Shown piece after piece: positions 18,754 to 27,336 of a DNA stretch of 32,000 nucleotides (positions are counted from its first letter, which is position 1; each line of letters opens with the position of its first letter). The position numbers and the translations under genes are program-made. The DNA is from Pseudomonas aeruginosa (GTDB lineage Bacteria > Pseudomonadota > Gammaproteobacteria > Pseudomonadales > Pseudomonadaceae), in assembly GCF_001457615.1 (NCBI RefSeq), contig NZ_LN831024.1, forward strand, positions 4,290,001 through 4,322,000. Direction: 5' to 3'. The notes beneath the pieces are model-generated. The model saw only the letters and a program-made list of their open reading frames with translations. It did not search any database and had not been told where the DNA came from.

Positions 18754-18853
18754 GCGCCGTCGATCGCCGCCCGCGCCGGGCGCTGCGCCACGCATTATGC
18801 TGGAAGCGTCCGCCGCCGTCCGGCGCCGCGGACGCCATCGGCCATCCGGCGCG

Positions 18854-18872
18854 CCACGCAGGTGCTGCGTGG
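18854..18872 (+). promoter_or_regulatory. Hairpin abutting the SD of a small ORF
   Basis: CCACGCAG (18854..18861), loop GTG, CTGCGTGG (18865..18872). The 3' arm runs directly into GGAGG (18873..18877). Confidence 0.35.
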
Positions 18873-18885
18873 GGAGGTGAACGCC

Positions 18886-19017
18886 ATGAGCAAGGGACTG
18901 AACGCGAAGAAGGAAACTCGTAGGAAACCGCTGAAAACCGCCCAGGAGAAACGCCTGGCGAAACGAGCGAAAAAACACGGTCCGGCGGTGCCGCTCGGCA
19001 CCCCATCGCGGAGCTGA
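18886..19017 (+). CDS. Candidate small lysine/arginine-rich protein (43 aa), not in the ORF track
   Basis: ATG 18886, GGAGG 8 nt upstream, TGA at 19015..19017. Translation: MSKGLNAKKETRRKPLKTAQEKRLAKRAKKHGPAVPLGTPSRS. G/C at third positions is 29 of 42 codons by hand count, lower than in neighbouring genes. Confidence 0.4.
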   Translation: MSKGLNAKKETRRKPLKTAQEKRLAKRAKKHGPAVPLGTPSRS

Positions 19018-19050
19018 GCCAGGCCGGAGCAGAGCCGCAGGCGCAACCGC

Positions 19051-19590
19051 TCAATCGTCCGCGGCGGGGTCCAGGTCGGGGAACAGCACCTCGGTGAAGC
19101 CGAACTTGCTGAAGTCGGTGATTCGCGAGGGATACAGGCGGCCGATCAGGTGGTCGCACTCGTGCTGCACCACCCGCGCATGGAACCCTTCGACGCTGCG
19201 GTCGATCGGCTGTCCCTGCGGGTCCAGGCCCTGGTAGCGGATGCGCCGATGGCGCGATACCGCGCCGCGCAACCCCGGCACCGACAGGCAGCCCTCCCAG
19301 CCCTCTTCCATCTCGTCGTCCAGCAGGGTGATCCGCGGGTTCAGCAGGATGGTCGGCGGCACGGCCGGGGCGTCCGGATAGCGCTCGCTGCGCTCGAAAC
19401 CGAAGATCACCAGCTGCAGGTCGACGCCGATCTGCGGCGCGGCCAGCCCTACCCCGCCGACGTGATGCATGGTTTCGAACATGTCGTCGATCAGCCGTTG
19501 CAGCTCCTCGCTGCCGAACAGTTCGGACGGCACCGGCTGCGCGATACGCAACAGGCGCTCGTCACCCATCTTGAGGATTTCCCGGATCAT
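19051..19590 (-). CDS. def: Peptide deformylase (second paralogue, not linked to fmt)
   Basis: All three PDF motifs are present: '[10 protein letters not shown]', 'EGCLSVPG' and 'QHECDHLIG'. Confidence 0.9.
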   Translation of the reverse strand: MIREILKMGDERLLRIAQPVPSELFGSEELQRLIDDMFETMHHVGGVGLAAPQIGVDLQLVIFGFERSERYPDAPAVPPTILLNPRITLLDDEMEEGWEGCLSVPGLRGAVSRHRRIRYQGLDPQGQPIDRSVEGFHARVVQHECDHLIGRLYPSRITDFSKFGFTEVLFPDLDPAADD

Positions 19591-19799
19591 GCCGCCCCCT
19601 GATAAAGGTCAGTAACGCCCTACATGCTCAGCCAGAAAACCAGACAGGACAAGACGCAAAGCGCTTCCATCTCCGGCAATTGCGCCATTGATTTGACACC
19701 GAACGGCTTTCTTTCCCGGCACATCCGGTAATATTCGCCGCACACCGACTACACTGGCCAGTCGTGCCACCCCGCTACGTTTTCCTGGAGGAAACCTTT

Positions 19800-20372
19800 T
19801 TGCCTTCGTTGCCCACCTTGCAGCCCCTCGACCTCTACAGGCGCACCCTGGCCTGCCTGGTCCTGGCGGTTTCCTGCCTGGGCGGCGGAGGCCTGTGGGC
19901 GGACGACGCACGGACGTCGGTCGAGCAACGCAGCAATGCGGTCAGCCAGGTTCTGCTGGGCATATTCAGCTACGTGCGCTGGCCGAAGGAGCCGGCGGTC
20001 CTGCAACTCTGCGTGGTCGGACCGACCGAGTACGCCGACGGCCTGCTCCGCGGCATGGTGCAGGCCAATGGCAGGCGCGTGCATGCGGAACGCCGCGCGG
20101 TGGACAACCCGGACCTCGGCACGCTCTGCAACGTGATCTACCTCGGAGTGGTCGACGAGCGCGAGCGCCAGCAGGTGTTCCGCAGCCTGGCCGGGCATCC
20201 GGTCCTGTCCATCAGCGAGCGTGGCACCGAATGCAGCGTCGGCAGCATGTTCTGCCTCAACGTCGGCGGTCCGCGCATCACCTTCGAGGCCAATCTCGAC
20301 TCCATCGCCCGCAGCGGCGTACGCGTGCACCCGAGCGTATTGAAACTGGCAAGGCGGCAGGCCACTCCGTGA
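19800..20372 (+). CDS. yfiR: Periplasmic repressor YfiR of the YfiBNR c-di-GMP module
   Basis: I recognise the sequence ('LPSLPTLQPLDLYRRTLACLVLAVSCLGGGGLWA' signal). TTG 19800 has GGAGGA 7 nt upstream and gives 190 aa, the length I remember. GTG 19764 is the alternative. Confidence 0.8.
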   Translation: MPSLPTLQPLDLYRRTLACLVLAVSCLGGGGLWADDARTSVEQRSNAVSQVLLGIFSYVRWPKEPAVLQLCVVGPTEYADGLLRGMVQANGRRVHAERRAVDNPDLGTLCNVIYLGVVDERERQQVFRSLAGHPVLSISERGTECSVGSMFCLNVGGPRITFEANLDSIARSGVRVHPSVLKLARRQATP

Positions 20373-21679
20373 TGAACCGTCGTCGTCGCTATACGGGTTC
20401 CAATCCATCGCTGCGCCGGGTGCTCTATCGCGCGCACCTGGGCGTGGCGCTGGTCGCGGTATTCACCGCCGGGCTGGCGGTGACCCTGGTCGGCCTGCTG
20501 ACCCTGCGCGCCTATGCCGACCCCAACCAGCAACTGATCGCCCGTTCCATCAGCTATACCGTCGAGGCCGCGGTGGTCTTCGGCGATGCCCAGGCCGCCG
20601 AGGAGTCCCTGGCGCTGATCGCCTCCAGCGAAGAGGTCTCCAGCGCCATCGTCTACGACCGCCAGGGACAGACCCTGGCCAGTTGGCATCGGGAAAGCAC
20701 CGGGCCGCTGCACCTGCTGGAACAGCAACTGGCGCACTGGCTGCTCAGCGCGCCGACCGAACAACCGATCCTGCACGACGGCCAGAAGATCGGTTCGGTG
20801 GAGGTGAAGGGCTCCGGCGGCAGCCTGCTGCGCTTCCTGCTCACCGGTTTCGCCGGCATGGTCCTGTGCCTGCTGCTTACCGCCCTGGGCGCCTTCTACC
20901 TGTCGCGGCGGCTGGTACGCGGTATCGTCGGCCCGCTCGACCAACTGGCGAAGGTCGCGCATACCGTGCGCCGCGAACGGGATTTCGAGAAGCGCGTACC
21001 GGAAGCCGGCATCGCCGAGCTGAGCCAACTGGGCGAGGACTTCAACGCCCTGCTCGACGAACTCGAATCCTGGCAGGCGCGCCTGCAGGACGAGAACGCC
21101 TCGCTGGCGCACCAGGCCCACCACGACAGCCTGACCAGCCTGCCCAACCGCGCCTTCTTCGAAGGCCGCCTGAGCCGGGCGCTGCGCGATGCCAACGAGC
21201 ATCGCGAGCAATTGGCGGTGCTGTTCATCGACAGCGACCGCTTCAAGGAGATCAACGACCGCCTCGGCCATGCCGCCGGCGACACCGTGCTGGTCAACAT
21301 CGCCATGCGCATCCGTGGGCAGTTGCGCGAAAGCGACCTGGTGGCGCGCCTGGGCGGCGACGAATTCGCCGTCCTGCTCGCACCGCTGGCGTCCGGCGCC
21401 GACGCCCTGCGCATCGCCGACAACATCATCGCCAGCATGCAGGCGCCGATCCGGCTCAGCGACGGCAGCACGGTGAGTACCTCGCTGACCATCGGCATCG
21501 CCCTCTATCCCGAGCATGCGGATACCCCGGCGGCGCTGCTCCACGACGCCGACATGGCGATGTACATCGCCAAGCGCCAGGCCCGCGGCAGCCGGCGCCT
21601 GGCGGAACTCAACGACCCCCGCATCCTTCAGGAAGAAAAGGAGATAGACAGTGCTACCCCAGAGGCTCCACCCAAGTAG
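20372..21679 (+). CDS. yfiN: Inner-membrane diguanylate cyclase YfiN/TpbB (periplasmic sensor, HAMP, GGDEF)
   Basis: The ATG overlaps the yfiR stop (TGATG). Two TM segments, a HAMP-like linker, a GGDEF domain with 'RLGGDEFAVLL', and 435 aa. The upstream part of track ORF 19895..21679 is an alternate frame of yfiR. Confidence 0.92.
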   Translation: MNRRRRYTGSNPSLRRVLYRAHLGVALVAVFTAGLAVTLVGLLTLRAYADPNQQLIARSISYTVEAAVVFGDAQAAEESLALIASSEEVSSAIVYDRQGQTLASWHRESTGPLHLLEQQLAHWLLSAPTEQPILHDGQKIGSVEVKGSGGSLLRFLLTGFAGMVLCLLLTALGAFYLSRRLVRGIVGPLDQLAKVAHTVRRERDFEKRVPEAGIAELSQLGEDFNALLDELESWQARLQDENASLAHQAHHDSLTSLPNRAFFEGRLSRALRDANEHREQLAVLFIDSDRFKEINDRLGHAAGDTVLVNIAMRIRGQLRESDLVARLGGDEFAVLLAPLASGADALRIADNIIASMQAPIRLSDGSTVSTSLTIGIALYPEHADTPAALLHDADMAMYIAKRQARGSRRLAELNDPRILQEEKEIDSATPEAPPK

Positions 21680-22157
21680 ATTGCTCGCCCTCGCCCTGTT
21701 CAGCCTTGTGCTGGGCCTGGCCGGTTGCCAGACCAAGCCGCCGCAGACCGGCCTGAGCGCCGAGCAGATCGCCGTGCTCCAGGAGCAGGGCTTCGAACTC
21801 CGCGACGAAGGCTGGGAGTTCGGCATGTCGAGCAAGGTGCTGTTCGGCAACAATCTCGACCGTCTCAATCCCGACAGCCGCAACACCCTGACCAAGATCG
21901 CCCGCGCCTTGCTCGCGGTAGACATCGACAAGGTCCGCCTGGAAGGCCACACCGACAACTACGGCGACGAAGGCTACAACCAGAAGCTCTCCGAACGGCG
22001 CGCCGAATCGGTGGCCGCGGTATTCCGCGAAGCCGGCATGCCGGCGGCCAACATCGAGGTCCGCGGCCTTGGCATGAGCAAGCCGGTGGCCGATAACAAG
22101 ACCCGCGCCGGCCGCAGCGAGAACCGCCGCGTCGCCATCATCGTTCCCGCCGAGTAA
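21651..22157 (+). CDS. yfiB: Outer-membrane OmpA/Pal-like lipoprotein YfiB
   Basis: GTG start with AAGGAG upstream. Lipobox 'LVLGLAGC', and OmpA-C peptidoglycan-binding motifs 'LEGHTDNYG', 'NQKLSERRAESV' and 'NRRVAIIV'. It overlaps yfiN by 29 nt. Confidence 0.92.
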   Translation: MLPQRLHPSRLLALALFSLVLGLAGCQTKPPQTGLSAEQIAVLQEQGFELRDEGWEFGMSSKVLFGNNLDRLNPDSRNTLTKIARALLAVDIDKVRLEGHTDNYGDEGYNQKLSERRAESVAAVFREAGMPAANIEVRGLGMSKPVADNKTRAGRSENRRVAIIVPAE

Positions 22158-22431
22158 TCCTGCGCTCGCGGGCTGCGTACGGCCCACCCGTACCTGGCCC
22201 GTCCATCGCCCGGCCCCGCCACTACCCCGCTTCCGGCCTATGTTGAAGGAAGAAGCCAGCAGACCGGCGTACCGGCCGCCGCTGCCGCGGATGCTAGACT
22301 GAATGCTGCGCAGGAAACCGACAATCCCGGCCGACCTGCCGCTTGCGGGTGCTCCGGGATTCACCGACAGGGGGTATCGACCTTTGCCTGTTCGCCCAAG
22401 GAACAGGCCGTCAGACGATGGGAGGCATGCC

Positions 22432-22986
22432 ATGAACCGGCATTACTACATCAGCGACAACCTCGACGAGCTGGAACGGCTCGAAGCCGAACTGGAAGCC
22501 AGCGGCATCGCCACCGAGCAGATCCACGTCCTCAGCGAAAAGGACGCGGAGACCGGCCAGCGCCATCTGCACGAAGTCTCTCCGTTCATGAAGAAGGATG
22601 TGGTCCGCTCCGGCCGTGTCGGCCTGCTGGTCGGCCTCGTCCTGGCCATCGTCGCCGTGGCCTTCGCCTATGCCAGCGGCTGGACGGAAACCGCCGCCGG
22701 CTGGATTCCGGTGATCTTCCTCGGCGCCATGCTCTGCGCGTTCTGCCTGTGGGAAGGCAGCTTCTTCGGCCTGCAGCGCACCAACCGCGCCTTCCGTCCC
22801 TTCGAAGAACGCCTGCACCAGGGGCAGCACCTGTTCTTCGTCGATGTGAAGAACGCCCAGGAGCCGATCCTGGTCAACGTGGTCAGCCACCACCCGCGCC
22901 TGCAGGACGCCGGCACCGGCCCCGCGGTCTCTCCGCTGCTGCTGGGCTGGCAGCAACGCTGGCGGCAGTTCCGGCGGATGGTCTGA
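22432..22986 (+). CDS. Membrane protein of unknown function (184 aa, two TM segments)
   Basis: The ATG at 22432 is preceded by GGAGG. It has a soluble N-terminal ~60 aa 'MNRHYYISDNLDELERLEAELEASGI' and then two hydrophobic helices. The upstream 43 codons of the track ORF lack an SD. Confidence 0.65.
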   Translation: MNRHYYISDNLDELERLEAELEASGIATEQIHVLSEKDAETGQRHLHEVSPFMKKDVVRSGRVGLLVGLVLAIVAVAFAYASGWTETAAGWIPVIFLGAMLCAFCLWEGSFFGLQRTNRAFRPFEERLHQGQHLFFVDVKNAQEPILVNVVSHHPRLQDAGTGPAVSPLLLGWQQRWRQFRRMV

Positions 22987-23092
22987 GCGGCGGGGCCTGC
23001 GCACCGCGCAGGTCCTGCGGCGTCCCTCCGGCTGCTAGAATATCCGGCTACCCGCCCGCCATCCCGGCCGGCGCGGCCCGTCAGGAAACTCC

Positions 23093-23467
23093 ATGAAACT
23101 CGATAAAGCGGCAGCCATCGCACAGCTCAACCAGGCCTTGGGCATGTCCGTGCTGGATGCCGGCAACACCCTGCTCGCCCGCTTCAACAAGAGCAAGAAC
23201 GTCTGGTGGTTCGATATTCCGCTCAGCCAACTGAAGGCCGGCAAGTTCCTCAACCTGCTGCTGGCGAACCCGGCCGGCGATGCAGTGGAGCACCTGAAGG
23301 TGCCCACCGGTTTCCTTCGCCAGCAGCAGGACAGCCTGGAACTGCGCGACAAGAACGCCCGCCGGCCGACCCTCAGCCTGGAGCTGAGCGCGGACCCCGG
23401 CAAGCGCCTGCGCGACGTCCGCCCCGGCGGCGCTGGCCTGGACTTCGCCCCGTTCCTCCAGCCCTGA
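23093..23467 (+). CDS. Hypothetical protein (124 aa), function unknown
   Basis: The ATG is preceded by AGGAA, and third positions are G/C-rich. It contains 'KNVWWFDIPLSQL', but I cannot assign a family. Confidence 0.55.
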   Translation: MKLDKAAAIAQLNQALGMSVLDAGNTLLARFNKSKNVWWFDIPLSQLKAGKFLNLLLANPAGDAVEHLKVPTGFLRQQQDSLELRDKNARRPTLSLELSADPGKRLRDVRPGGAGLDFAPFLQP

Positions 23468-23476
23468 GCGGAAACC

Positions 23477-24316
23477 TCAGCGCGGCAGTTCGATGCGTTC
23501 CGGGTGGATCAGGATCAGGCCTTTCTTGTAGAGGCCGCCGATGGCCTTCTTGAAGGTCCCCTTGCTGACCCCGAAGAGCCGGTGGATATCTTCCGGCGAA
23601 CTCTTGTCGCTGAGCGGCAGGCTGCCGCCGGCCTCCAGCAGCCGGGCGAGAATCTGCTGGCTCAGCTCGACGGCGGCCTCGGCGCCGACCGGCTGCAGGC
23701 TAAGGGCGATCTTGCCGTCCGCGCGCAATTCCTTGATGTAGCCCTGTTCGCGCATGCCGCTGCGGAGGAACTTGAACGCCTCGTTCTTGTGGATCAGGCC
23801 CCAGTGCTTGCCCTCGATGATCGCCTTGAAGCCCATCTCGGTACGCTCCACCACCAGCAGGTCGACCGCCTGGCCGACGCTGTAGCGTGGCGGCAGGTTG
23901 TCCAACTGGCGGTCCAGGCGTGCGGTGGCGGTGATGCGGTTGGTGCGCTTGTCCAGGTAGACGTAGACCACGCAGTAGTCGCCGACCTGCAACGGACGCT
24001 TTTCTTCCGAATGCGGCAGCAGCAGGTCCTTGGGCAGGCCCCAGTCGAGGAACAGGCCGATCCGGTTGATCTCCACGACCTTCAGGCTGGCGAAACCGCC
24101 GACCTGGACCTTGGGCGTCTGAGTGGTGGCGATCAGGCGGTCGTCGCTGTCCAGGTAGATGAACACGTTGAGCCAGTCGCCCACTTCGCTGGGCTGGTCC
24201 TTCGGCACATAGCGCTTGGGCAGGAGGATCTCGCCGTGCTGGGTACCGTCGAGATAGAGCCCGAACTCCGTGTGCTTGACCACCTGCAGTGAATTGAAAC
24301 GCCCGATGACCGCCAT
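23477..24316 (-). CDS. CvfB/YitL-family S1-domain RNA-binding protein
   Basis: The 279-aa product has repeated S1-like barrels ('FGLYLDG...GEILLP', 'IGLFLDWGLPKDLLLP', 'MGFKAIIEGKHWGLIH') and a C-terminal winged helix ('FGVSKGTFKKAIGGLYKKGLI'). GGGGGAG SD. Confidence 0.85.
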   Translation of the reverse strand: MAVIGRFNSLQVVKHTEFGLYLDGTQHGEILLPKRYVPKDQPSEVGDWLNVFIYLDSDDRLIATTQTPKVQVGGFASLKVVEINRIGLFLDWGLPKDLLLPHSEEKRPLQVGDYCVVYVYLDKRTNRITATARLDRQLDNLPPRYSVGQAVDLLVVERTEMGFKAIIEGKHWGLIHKNEAFKFLRSGMREQGYIKELRADGKIALSLQPVGAEAAVELSQQILARLLEAGGSLPLSDKSSPEDIHRLFGVSKGTFKKAIGGLYKKGLILIHPERIELPR

Positions 24317-24570
24317 GTTGTCTCCCCCTGTCGAAGGGGCGGCATTCTACCGGGCGCCACGCATGCGGGCGGAAGTTTTTGCCGGTACGCCGACGCCGCT
24401 CATCGCCTTGCCGGCCATTCGCGCCGAAACATCCTGAACCACGCGGACATTTCCCAAATGCCGACTGTCTACTGGCAGTAAGCACAACGATGTTTCAAAA
24501 TCGTGAACCCTAAAGACTTTTTTGGAACATCCTTATCAAGGATTCTCGCTGCCGCTCATCAGGAGTTCCT

Positions 24571-26895
24571 GTGCGTCCACTCAGCCGTTGGCTCTCATCT
24601 TGCGGCTCGCTTCTGGCGCTGGCCGCGCTGTTCCTGGTCGTTCCCCTCGCCGGCCGCTACTGGCTCGGCTGGTCGACGCCGTTCGGCTATCTCTCGGACC
24701 TGGCCCTCGGCAGCCTGCTGGTGCTGCTCCTGCATCGACGCTCCCTGTGGTTCGCGCTCCCGGTCATGCTGCTCTGGTGCCTGTTCCTGATCGGCAATGC
24801 CGAACTGGTCGGCGCGGTCGGGCGCATGCCGGAACCTTCCGACCTCAAGTACCTGCTGGATCCGCAGTTCGTCAGCAGCTCCACCCAGGGCGGCGGCCTC
24901 GCCCACCTGCCACTGGCGCTCGGCCTCGGTGGCGCGACATTGCTTTGCGTGCTGCTCTGGCGTCGCCGCGGTCCGCGCCTGCCGCGCTATGCCTACGCGC
25001 TGCCGGCGGCGTTCCTGGCGGCGCATGTCGGCCTGCAATACCTGCGTCCGAGCGATGCCGACCAATGGCAGCAGTACAACCTGCCGCACAAGCTGCTGGC
25101 CAGCGCGCTCAGCAGTGGCCAACTGGCGGTCGAAGACTGGCTCGCCGACGACCGTCCGGACACCCCGCCGGACGTCGCCGGGCTCAACCAGCTCGACCTT
25201 TCCGGAACGCCGCTGCTGGCCGGCGGAGGGCGCGCGCGCAACGTCCTGATCGTGGCCATGGAGGGAATCCCCGGCGCGTATATCGCCGCCAACCGCGCCG
25301 CCATCAACAGCAGCTACCACGAAGCGCCGATGCCCAGGCTGAGTGGCTGGGCCGAACGGGCGATGACCACCCCGGACTACGTGCTGCACAGCCACCAGAC
25401 CATCCGCGGCCTCTACGCCATGCTCTGCGGCGACTACAGCAAGCTCGACTCGGGCACGCCGAAGGGCGTCGAGCTGCTGAACAACCCGGCCCGGGCCAGG
25501 GAGTGCTTGCCCGCCCAGCTGCGCCAGCACGGTTTCAGCACGCACTTCCTGCAGGGTGCCGGCCTGCGCTTCATGGCCAAGGACAAGGTCATGCCGCAGA
25601 TGGGCTTCGACAAGACCCTCGGGCGCGACTGGTTCCGCAACACGTCCTACCTGGAGTTTCCCTGGGGCATGGACGACAAGGCCTTCTTCGAGGGCGCCGC
25701 GACCTACGTGAAGCAGCTGCGCCAGCAGAAGAAACCCTGGATGCTGACCCTGCTCACCGTCGGCACCCACCAGCCCTACTCGGCGCCTGCCGACTACCTG
25801 GCCCGCTACCCGAGCGCCAAGCAGGCCGCGGTGGCCTATCTCGACGACGCGATCGACGCCTTCCTCGCCGACCTGGAGAAACAGGGCGTGTTGCGCGACA
25901 CCCTGGTGGTGCTCACTTCCGACGAATCCCACGGTGTCGACCAGGTGCGCCTCGCCTCGGCCTGGGGCTTCAACCTGGTACTGGCACCGGAACAGGCGGC
26001 GCTGCCGCCGATCAAGAGCGGCGTCTACGGCCACGTCGACCTCGCCGCGTCCGTCCTCGACTATTTCGGCTACCGCGTGCCGGCGGGGATTTCCGGGCGC
26101 TCGCTGTTCCGCGACTACGCCAGCGGCCGCGAAATGATGTCCTACACCAACGGCATGCTGCGCCACCACGACGGCAAGGACACCTTCGTCGAATGTGATT
26201 TCCAGCAGGTCTGCCGGCGCTACCGCAGCGAGGGCTTCATCGCCGACGAAGCCGAGTTCCTCGGTCGCTTCAGCGGTCGCCAGGCGCGCCTGGTCAGCCA
26301 GCGCGCCGCCGTCCTCGACCACTCCGTGCAACAGGCCGGCCAGTTGGGCCAGGAGTTCCAGTTCGCCACCCACGAACGCATCCGCCTGAAGCCGGAAACC
26401 CACAACGACTGGACCGACAACCTGATCGGCGCGCAATACCTGGAGATGCCGAAGAACAGCAGGACCACGGTCACCCTGAAGATCCGCGCCTTGCAGATGG
26501 ACCGCAACGGCGCCCGGGTGACGCTGAAGACCAAGGAGTTCGAACGCGACGTTCCCATACCGGTACCGGACATCCCGCGCCTGCTCAAAGGCAAGCCGCT
26601 GGACATGAGCTTCACCTTCGACAACCCGGAAGCGCGCAAGGCCTTCTCCTTCCACTTGCTCGCCGAGGGCCGCGGGATCATCGAGATCAGCGACTTCCAC
26701 GTGGTCACGGCGGCCAACCCGGAACCCGTGGAAAGCCGCAGCCAGGTCGCCGAAGCGGCGAAGGAACAGCCGCTGCTGAGCACCCTGAAAAGCCTGTTCG
26801 CCAACCGCCCCGAAACCGAGGAAGCGGAACGCGCGGACGCCCCTCGGGAGCGCACCGTCATCCCCGAGCAGAAGGCCCTGATCCTTTCGCACTGA
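24571..26895 (+). CDS. Membrane-anchored sulfatase / LtaS-OpgB-type (alkaline-phosphatase superfamily) transferase with a C-terminal extension
   Basis: GTG start with AGGAG 5 nt upstream. The N-terminal ~170 aa is hydrophobic (4-5 TM). The catalytic domain carries 'NVLIVAMEGIPG', 'LLTVGTHQPY' and 'VLTSDESHG'. I recognise nothing in the last ~230 aa. Confidence 0.8.
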   Translation: MRPLSRWLSSCGSLLALAALFLVVPLAGRYWLGWSTPFGYLSDLALGSLLVLLLHRRSLWFALPVMLLWCLFLIGNAELVGAVGRMPEPSDLKYLLDPQFVSSSTQGGGLAHLPLALGLGGATLLCVLLWRRRGPRLPRYAYALPAAFLAAHVGLQYLRPSDADQWQQYNLPHKLLASALSSGQLAVEDWLADDRPDTPPDVAGLNQLDLSGTPLLAGGGRARNVLIVAMEGIPGAYIAANRAAINSSYHEAPMPRLSGWAERAMTTPDYVLHSHQTIRGLYAMLCGDYSKLDSGTPKGVELLNNPARARECLPAQLRQHGFSTHFLQGAGLRFMAKDKVMPQMGFDKTLGRDWFRNTSYLEFPWGMDDKAFFEGAATYVKQLRQQKKPWMLTLLTVGTHQPYSAPADYLARYPSAKQAAVAYLDDAIDAFLADLEKQGVLRDTLVVLTSDESHGVDQVRLASAWGFNLVLAPEQAALPPIKSGVYGHVDLAASVLDYFGYRVPAGISGRSLFRDYASGREMMSYTNGMLRHHDGKDTFVECDFQQVCRRYRSEGFIADEAEFLGRFSGRQARLVSQRAAVLDHSVQQAGQLGQEFQFATHERIRLKPETHNDWTDNLIGAQYLEMPKNSRTTVTLKIRALQMDRNGARVTLKTKEFERDVPIPVPDIPRLLKGKPLDMSFTFDNPEARKAFSFHLLAEGRGIIEISDFHVVTAANPEPVESRSQVAEAAKEQPLLSTLKSLFANRPETEEAERADAPRERTVIPEQKALILSH

Positions 26896-26998
26896 CCGCG
26901 CCGGAGCGGCCCGCCCGGCCGCCGCGCGCTCCCCGCTGAACCCAGCGCCGTCGCGGACGTCGAAGATTCGCAAGCAACCAGGCGAAACGGAGAACGGC

Positions 26999-27334
26999 AT
27001 GAAGCACCTGGCATTCCTCGCCCTCGGCGGACTCCTGCTGGCGCCCCTGGCCGAAGCGGCCAGCTTCGATTGCGAAAAGGCTGAGCGAGCGGACGAAAAG
27101 GCCATCTGCGCGAACCGGGCGCTGAACGACAAGGACGTCGAGATGAGCGTCAAGTACCACTTCCTCCGCGGCCTGTTCGCCATGGGCGGCCGCGGCGCCA
27201 TGCAGGACCGGCAGCAGGACTGGCTGCGCCAGCGCCGGCGCTGCGGTGGCGACACCGACTGCCTCTCCCGCGCCTACGCGCAGCGTATCGACGAGCTGGA
27301 CAAGCAGTACGCGGGCATCGACAAGCCGCTCTGA
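26999..27334 (+). CDS. Secreted DUF1311 / LprI-like (lysozyme-inhibitor-like) protein
   Basis: Signal 'MKHLAFLALGGLLLAPLAEA', then 'SFDCEKA....EKAICANRALNDKDVEM' and 'QQDWLRQRRRCGGDTDCLSRAYAQRIDEL', a pattern typical of DUF1311. GGAGAA SD. Confidence 0.7.
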   Translation: MKHLAFLALGGLLLAPLAEAASFDCEKAERADEKAICANRALNDKDVEMSVKYHFLRGLFAMGGRGAMQDRQQDWLRQRRRCGGDTDCLSRAYAQRIDELDKQYAGIDKPL

Positions 27335-27336
27335 AG

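Noticed and set aside
19693-19734. TTGACA (19693..19698) and TAATAT (19729..19734) upstream of yfiR, considered as a sigma-70 promoter.
   Set aside because: The spacer is 30 nt, far from the 16-18 nt a functional -35/-10 pair needs. The two hexamers cannot belong to one promoter.
24595-27255. An 886-aa ORF on the minus strand, the longest in the track.
   Set aside because: It is entirely antisense to the sulfatase/LtaS-type gene and the DUF1311 gene, both of which have clear motifs and signal or TM features. The product is R/A/G/V-rich with no recognisable domain.
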